Shown: piece by piece, positions 36,743-43,077 of the stretch
Layout of the letters: every line of letters starts with the position of its first letter
How positions within the stretch are numbered: the first letter of the stretch is position 1
Source: Callorhinchus milii
Lineage: Eukaryota
Direction: 5' to 3'
Assembly: GCF_018977255.1 (NCBI RefSeq)
Contig: NW_024705453.1
Span: 1-43,077 of the forward strand
Length of the DNA: 43,077 nt
Position numbers and translations under genes: made by a program
The notes under the pieces: model-generated
Seen by the model: only the letters and a program-made list of their open reading frames with translations
Databases searched by the model: none
What the model was told of the DNA's origin: nothing

Positions 36743-38094
36743 ATAAACTCTCAGTCGTCTTTCAGATATCCTCAGATGCAACGTACACAACGAATTGCTA
36801 ATGCAATTATTGAGTCACGTGTCTTCTTTTTTTAATGTGCACGCAACGCTTAGCGAAACTTGAATTGGCTGCCAACATTAAATTCAAGCGTCACTTTCGA
36901 TAACGCCAGCGCGTGCGGTTTCCTTTCAGTAAATTGATGATCATACGGATATTCCTGTCCCCGCCACAGAAATGTATAATTTCCACCACTGGCTCAGGGC
37001 TGTAAGGTGTGGTGAAGTATGATTAAGTAACGGTGGCGAGGTCTGGTCCAGCAGTAGATTCACAACAGGGCTGGAAATGTTTGGTCCTGCATTGCATTTT
37101 GAATGATGTAACAGGCTCCGAGTGATTTCACTTGGCTTCAATCCAATTGGATGCGTCAGTGAATACTGCAAGCGGCTGTGAACTGCGTACGACTTACAAC
37201 AAACCATGCTCTCTTACCGACCACTGCACGGGTGCAGTACTTTCACGCATAAACTAGAAGCGAGAAACCTTGGAGACAAGTCTTAACAAGGTATATCTAC
37301 AATAGAACAACAACAAAAACGGCATGCAAAATTTTCAGACATTGATAAAGACGGTACTTCGCAATGCACTTTGTCTCAATGTTACGAAATTATATTGCAC
37401 AGTACGTTGCAATAACTATATACAGTCCAGCTGTAAATACTGTATTCAGTATGCACTATGCATTATGGACAATATGTTTTTATACGTGTAGACTTCCATA
37501 TATATCTTGGCCAGAATAAAATATAGTCACAATATATCAAGAGTTTGCCATTTTAATGGCATGGTAATAGAATATATAGTAATAGCATGCATTGAAAAAA
37601 TACATAAAGGTTAACAAGGGCTTTGCTTCAGTCGTGAAGGATGTGGCTGGCTGCTTTGGAGCTGATTAATGTTTGACCGCCTTAGCTAGTGGTGTTGGTG
37701 GAGAGTGATTGAGCTCTACGTACTAAGCCTGGAGGATATAAATTCATTATGGACACGTTACACATGTGGTTTTATGCAAAGTAGAGTACTGCTTTATATA
37801 CAATCGTCAAAGTCTCGCCATACTGCTATCCACATTTAGCAATATTAATCGACTGAAAATTGGTTTAGTTGAAACTTGCATGCACCAGGTAATAATGCAA
37901 GGCGGACAGGAGGTGTTGAGGTCCCTTAGTTTGGAACCCTTGGAGTTAAGATTTCCTCCAACCACCTAACCGAACAAACGTCCATTAGCTCATCAATGGT
38001 GTAATATCTTGCCTGCTATTTCTCAAAAAATCTGCAACAGCATCTCAGTCTGACCATCCCTCTCGTGTTAAGCCCTTTGTTCACCTCCATCTCT

Positions 38095-38630
38095 GCTGAA
38101 TAATATCCCTGCCCAATGAACCGCAACATCACCGCCATAATCATATTCTTTTTAAATCTTCAAAACTTCATCCCCTGTGTACCGCATGTGTCGATAATTT
38201 TCCATTCACTCTCGTATCCTCGACGTGTACGCATCTTTACCGTATTTGCCTATTCTGCTACTGAGATCATTATTCATGCCTTCATTACATCTACTGTATA
38301 CTCAACTGCAATATTATAACTTTTCTATGACCTGGAATTACTCACCTTCAACCTGTAAACATGACCACCCCTGCCCCCTCCGAATCCTCCAGTCCTGTCA
38401 ACTTCAATATCATTGTCTTCAAAATCCTCCATGAACTCGCCTCACCCACCTCATCCCGACCATCTTAGCCCCCATTCATTATTCCCTTCACTCCAGCAAC
38501 CAAGAGCTGTTTAAAAAAAATTGGAGGATCTGCTGTTGTCCCAGTTGTCTGGAATTCCCTTCCTCTGGCCGTCTGCACTCTTGAGACCCTTCTATTTCTG
38601 AAGTCCAGACTCAAAACTTTTCTTCTGTCT
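38095..38630 (+). mobile_element. Degenerate L2 LINE 3' relic
   Basis: Fragments FFLNLQN, SATEIIIHAFITS and WNSLPLAV...LKSRLKTFL, in the order expected for the L2 ORF2 end. Confidence 0.65.
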
Positions 38631-40683
38631 TCAGCTGAATATAAAGTGTCTTCATTTGTACTTCTATCAATGTTTCAACTTCTGTCTGGCCTGCAGCATT
38701 TTATCCCTCATTACTTGTTCAACATCCCCCTACCTTTTCGTCAAACTCGAAATGCATATGTTCCCAACCCTTCCCACTCTGTACAAAATGTTGAAGTTTG
38801 GTCACACTTTTATAGTTTATGAATCAACACTATTTTAAAGCGTTTTGCGCTGCTTAGTTTTCATTTTCGGTTAAGGTGACTGAAATATTATTCCTATGTC
38901 TTCATTATCATTGCCTCTGACTTCATCCTGTAAGAATCCAGGATAAATAAAGATTATGATTATGAAAATGGGTTCGGTGCATGATCACAATGTTTCATGT
39001 ATTATGTTTGTTGGTGCAAAATCATTGGGTACATTTAAATTCCCACATCTGTATTTCATATGTAAAAAATATATTATATTCCCTTAATGACCCTTTATCC
39101 GTCCACTACTTTGGTTAAGTTTGACTATATTTTTCCTCGCTGGTGAATGTGGCTTGGTGAAACAAGGGCCGATGATTGGGAAATAGACTTAGCTCACCGA
39201 GTTCATAACAGTGTGTTGACCACTGCATCACCACTCTACCCATGTGGAAAAGATACGTCAAGTGTACTGTATTTATATTTTATGTACGTATTTCATTATA
39301 AATCTTTTTTTGAGGTGCCCATCTTCGCAATGGATCACCAACATATGAAACTACATCGTGCCCCTGTGGTCATGCAGATTGGTTATGAGAATTTTCTCCA
39401 TTCAATTTGACAATGCAATGAGTATGCATATATATGTAAACGTGTTAGGGATATGCATTCAAAATTATTAAACACGAATGTAATTAATTGAGCCACCTTG
39501 TGTTTCGTAGTCCTTTAAACACTGAAGCTGAATTCAGTTTCAGCGTTTATAATCCAACCTCTCCCCGTGATATGCATGGAAACCAAAACTTTTCACTAAA
39601 CTATAGTATGACCTCACCGGCTGTTATGTGAACAATTTGGTGAATTGTCCATTTTCGTATTACACACTTATTATATTTCACCTGCCTGAATGCTATTGGG
39701 AACTGTACACCGCAGGGTTGAGCTTTCAGAAGCTCTTCGATATCCCTCCAGGGCAAAAACTGGCTCATGGGTGTTGTTGAAAAAGAAATAAATGCACCAC
39801 TGCGTCCGTTTTCTCACGAACGCATCTCGCTTGCTGCACCGCATTATGGGCGCTCGGATCATGTGACGTCGATTTTTTTTATTGACACTGACATCGAATG
39901 CTTTTACAATGAAAATTAAGTAATGTTCACAACCGTTATGTATTGGGGCAATTACAGTATGTCGTTTTTTATTGATTTCAAACATGAAATTTAATTTACA
40001 ATTGAACATGGATGCCACAACATCTTTAAAAATAAGTCTAACGAGGTAAGAAGAAGCAATGAATTCTGGTGTTCTTGAAGTGAATTGTACCGCATTGGAG
40101 ACACACTTCCTGATCCCTGCAATCTGCATTGCTCTTAATTCCTGATTCAATTGCATCATCTCAACCTGAATCTCTTTCGAGTACAATCTGTCCGCAACGC
40201 GCCGCAGTTAAGTACAGTATACCTTTAAAATTGTCGTTTTTTTTTACATCTCACTAAAAGATAACCAGCTTGCGGTGCAATTACATTACCGTACGCAACG
40301 AATTTTGGCGGCTAACCTGCATTAATGAGGCCAAAAGTCTGGGCCTTAAACATGCTGCCTGCTTGCTTGCACGTTGTAAATAACAGTCGCCTCCCATCAC
40401 GAGCATTAGGAGCTCGTCTATAAATAAATCAGTATTCGCATGGGATGGGGCGGTGGCTTGCTTGCGTTATTTGCGACACGAGTCCACAAATCGTGCTGCG
40501 ACGATGCCCCCCCCCCGACCCCTCCCCGCCGATGCTCGTCTGGCTCGTTTGCAACCACTCCCTTGCTGCAGGTGATGCACTCACGGATGATCGGATGGGG
40601 CGCCGCTCACTGCACGCTCTTCACGGCTGTCAATTTAGGGCGTGCGTGCGCTTCTATTTTAATACTGCCAAGAAAGGATCCCA

Positions 40684-40739
40684 ATACTCTGTGGTTTTTC
40701 GGTAAAGTCACGTAGGTAAAAAAATAAAAAAAATCACGA
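40684..40739 (-). mobile_element. Penelope-like element fragment
   Basis: tttttcggtaaagtcacgtaggtaaaaaaataaaaaaaatcacga matches subfamily B. Confidence 0.65.
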
Positions 40740-41192
40740 GCCTGTTTGATGGTCTCAGCCAGTCACGAAGGACTACACCGCATTTTTGTTACATTAAATG
40801 TGGTTTGTCATCTGTCATACTCCAGCTCTGAGTGCTAAACATTTGTATTAATAGATTTGCACGTGATGAACAGCAGGGCATGTGTGAGGATGAACCCAGG
40901 GCTGCCCTGTGCGGTGGCGTGGTTTGGGGGAGGTGGGGGCAAAGGGGGAATATTCTCAGGGCCACACACAAGAGGGCCTCGCAACGGGCCTAGTTTTTTT
41001 TTCTGTTGTCGCTAATTAATAAGGGGGCTCCACGTGACATTCTCGAAATCTGAATATGTATTTATACTGCAGGAGGAATCGATGAGCTATTAAGCTCTTT
41101 TTTTTACAGATGTCTGGTAGGGCAGGCCAGAACGTTGCAACAACAAACCATATTAAAAAAACACGATTGGAGTGCAAAGTATAGGAAAGGTA

Positions 41193-41492
41193 CTATGAGA
41201 CCTCCTTCACCAGTGGCAAAATATAGTGATAGGTTTTTACCCTTTAACTGGTACAGAAACTGACACCTTTATACAAGGCATCATGTTGATTGGTCCACAT
41301 TCGAGACAGCTTTTCTAAGAAAAGCTGTCTCGAGTGTGGACAATCACTTCAAGGACAGTGAATATCATCATAATCAGAGTTGATTCTTTTTGTTTGCATT
41401 TTGACTGCTTGTGTTGTGGTTATTGCAAACATGATGCCTTGTATAAAGGTGTCAGTTTTTGTTCCAGTTGAAAGGGTTAAAACTATCATATG
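41193..41492. mobile_element. Second fold-back element family, copy 2
   Basis: TSD taggaaaggta at 41182-41192 and 41493-41503. Inverted arms at about 41228-41287 / 41428-41488, plus the inner hairpin cgagacagcttttct-a-agaaaagctgtctcg. Confidence 0.72.
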
Positions 41493-42170
41493 TAGGAAAG
41501 GTAAACAAATCACTGAAAAAAATACGAATAAAATTTTACAATTTTAATAGAGACCTTCAGTCCTTGGCAACCAGGAAACCTCTGGTGGCCCTGAGTACAC
41601 AATTTAGTGAGGCTTTCTGAATACATGACATTATATATTTTAAAAAAAAACATTACTCTGATATATATTCTTTAGGGTATAAAATAGCATCTATTCATCA
41701 TTAATATTGATTATTCAGAGACGCAATGTGAACCAAATCACATGTTGAAGAATTCATGTTTTTCGGCCATGCAAATGAGATGCGAATGTCACATTTAGGC
41801 TAATCGGTGAACGCAGCTGTACAAATAAGATGGACCCAGAATGAGAAACAAAACAAACGAGACAGTAAAAACAGGACCAACACTGCCTGTATTCACAACA
41901 AATTCATTTTAATCAGCACGAAGTCTCTCGTTTCAGTTCGTATAGAAGCGCCCAGCTCATTCGAGCGAAACGTCGGACAGCATGGCGAATAACGCGCAAT
42001 CAAACCCCGAAAACACATCAGAGAGCAATTACAGTAATTGAATTGCTAAATTGAGGGGCGAGAACTGGGGATTTGCGAATCGTTACCAATCGAGTTTATA
42101 CCCACTACCGTCACCAAACACTGATAGTATAGGGCCTGCATTTGAATGCACGCTTGACTTGTGGTAGAAC

Positions 42171-42233
42171 AATCTTGATTTGAAGCTTTCGTGACTGCAG
42201 GAATCCATACTCTTTGTTCTTTCGGTAAAGTCA
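42171..42233 (-). mobile_element. Penelope-like element 3' fragment
   Basis: gatttgaagctttcgtgactgcaggaatccatactctttgttctttcggtaaagtca. Confidence 0.68.
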
Positions 42234-42602
42234 AGTGCTATCAACGTGGGTTTCCTAGTTCTCTGATTTACGGTCGTGAATGCGTCGTCGTTCGCCCGGA
42301 GTGTCCAGCATTTCTTCCACGTGGCGGAGGGACTGAAACGAGCGGTCCACTTTCTCCCTCGATACTATATCGCCTCGCTGGCAAGCTTTGCGTGCCTCTG
42401 GTTCCGTCCCTGAAGCGGCGCCGCTATAACACGTGGAGCCAAAACGCTGGGACGTGACACCAAACAAAACACGCGACAGTTATGCGTCGGGAAGGCTCCG
42501 GCTCCTCGAGTTTGCACGTGAAGCTTTGTGAGCAAATGGGGTAGTCGGAATTCAGGGGGCCGAGGAATATCCGGCGGCACACGCGCACAACATTGGGACC
42601 TT

Positions 42603-42639
42603 TCTAGATTTGAAGTTTTCGTGACTGCAAGGATTCATA
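42603..42639 (-). mobile_element. Penelope-like element extreme 3' fragment
   Basis: tctagatttgaagttttcgtgactgcaaggattcata, matching 35870-35907 and 42933-42969. Confidence 0.6.
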
Positions 42640-42930
42640 ATCTGAATAACAATTTCTGCTCTCTCAATAATATCACACAGCTGCTAACAAAAACAGCACG
42701 TGTAGGATATCAACTAATTCGCATCATCATCATCGTTGTAAAATTGTATTCGTGAACACCCAACGCATCGTGGATTTTGTTCCCAGTAAAATACACCAGG
42801 CTTATATAATCGCGTGCAAATGCGTTTGCGAGCATTGTGCAATATGTATTGACAGCACAACCTTAAAACTTCCCACCAGAAAACACCCGGCTTTACCTAT
42901 GCCAAACACTGCAATGTATGAACTTAAATT

Positions 42931-43077
42931 AATCTAGATTTTAAGTTTTCGTGACTGCAAGGATTCATACTCTTTGTTTTTTTCGGTAAAGTCACGTAGG
43001 TTAAACAATAAAATAAATTAAATCACGACGTTTCGGAGGCAACACAAGCTTCAGTCTTCTTGTGTTGCCTCCGAACG
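42931..43077 (-). mobile_element. Penelope-like element subfamily B with start of inverted arm (runs off window)
   Basis: Family 3' end and partial hammerhead (cacgacgtttcggaggcaacacaagc on +), folding back into cttgtgttgcctccgaa. Confidence 0.72.

Noticed and set aside
39671..40186. Longest ORF in the window (171 aa)
   Set aside because: Non-ATG start, no recognisable domain, and runs through A/T tracts typical of non-coding DNA.
2543..43077. Recurrent ctttaccgaaag repeat as a CRISPR-like array, and recurring short ORFs such as RDFTERTKK
   Set aside because: Copies are dispersed, in both orientations, with individual TSDs and no regular spacers; the ORFs are incidental translations of the repeat.

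Overview
Eukaryotic, vertebrate-type genomic DNA; the repeat content suggests a jawless-fish/fish-like genome, which is an inference. The window is mostly intronic sequence from the 5' part of a minus-strand protein 4.1 (EPB41 family, closest to EPB41L3/4.1B) gene. Two FERM-domain exons are recognisable (5337-5495, 2302-2404), plus a candidate non-coding first exon in a CpG-rich region near 34.3-35.3 kb. The introns and upstream flank carry about 14 copies of a short Penelope-like (pLTR-derived) element. Several copies contain a minimal hammerhead ribozyme with covarying stem II, inverted 5' arms and 8-14 bp target-site duplications (TSDs). Also present: a second fold-back retro-element family, V-SINE copies, L2 and RTE LINE relics, 5S-derived relics, a TA-flanked MITE and a G-rich tract. 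A ~7 kb block (about 6324-13360) next to a 30-N gap looks like featureless ~50% GC random sequence, unlike its flanks. I found no gene, repeat or array in it, and an artefact or synthetic/shuffled origin is the simplest reading. No new protein-coding system is supported.
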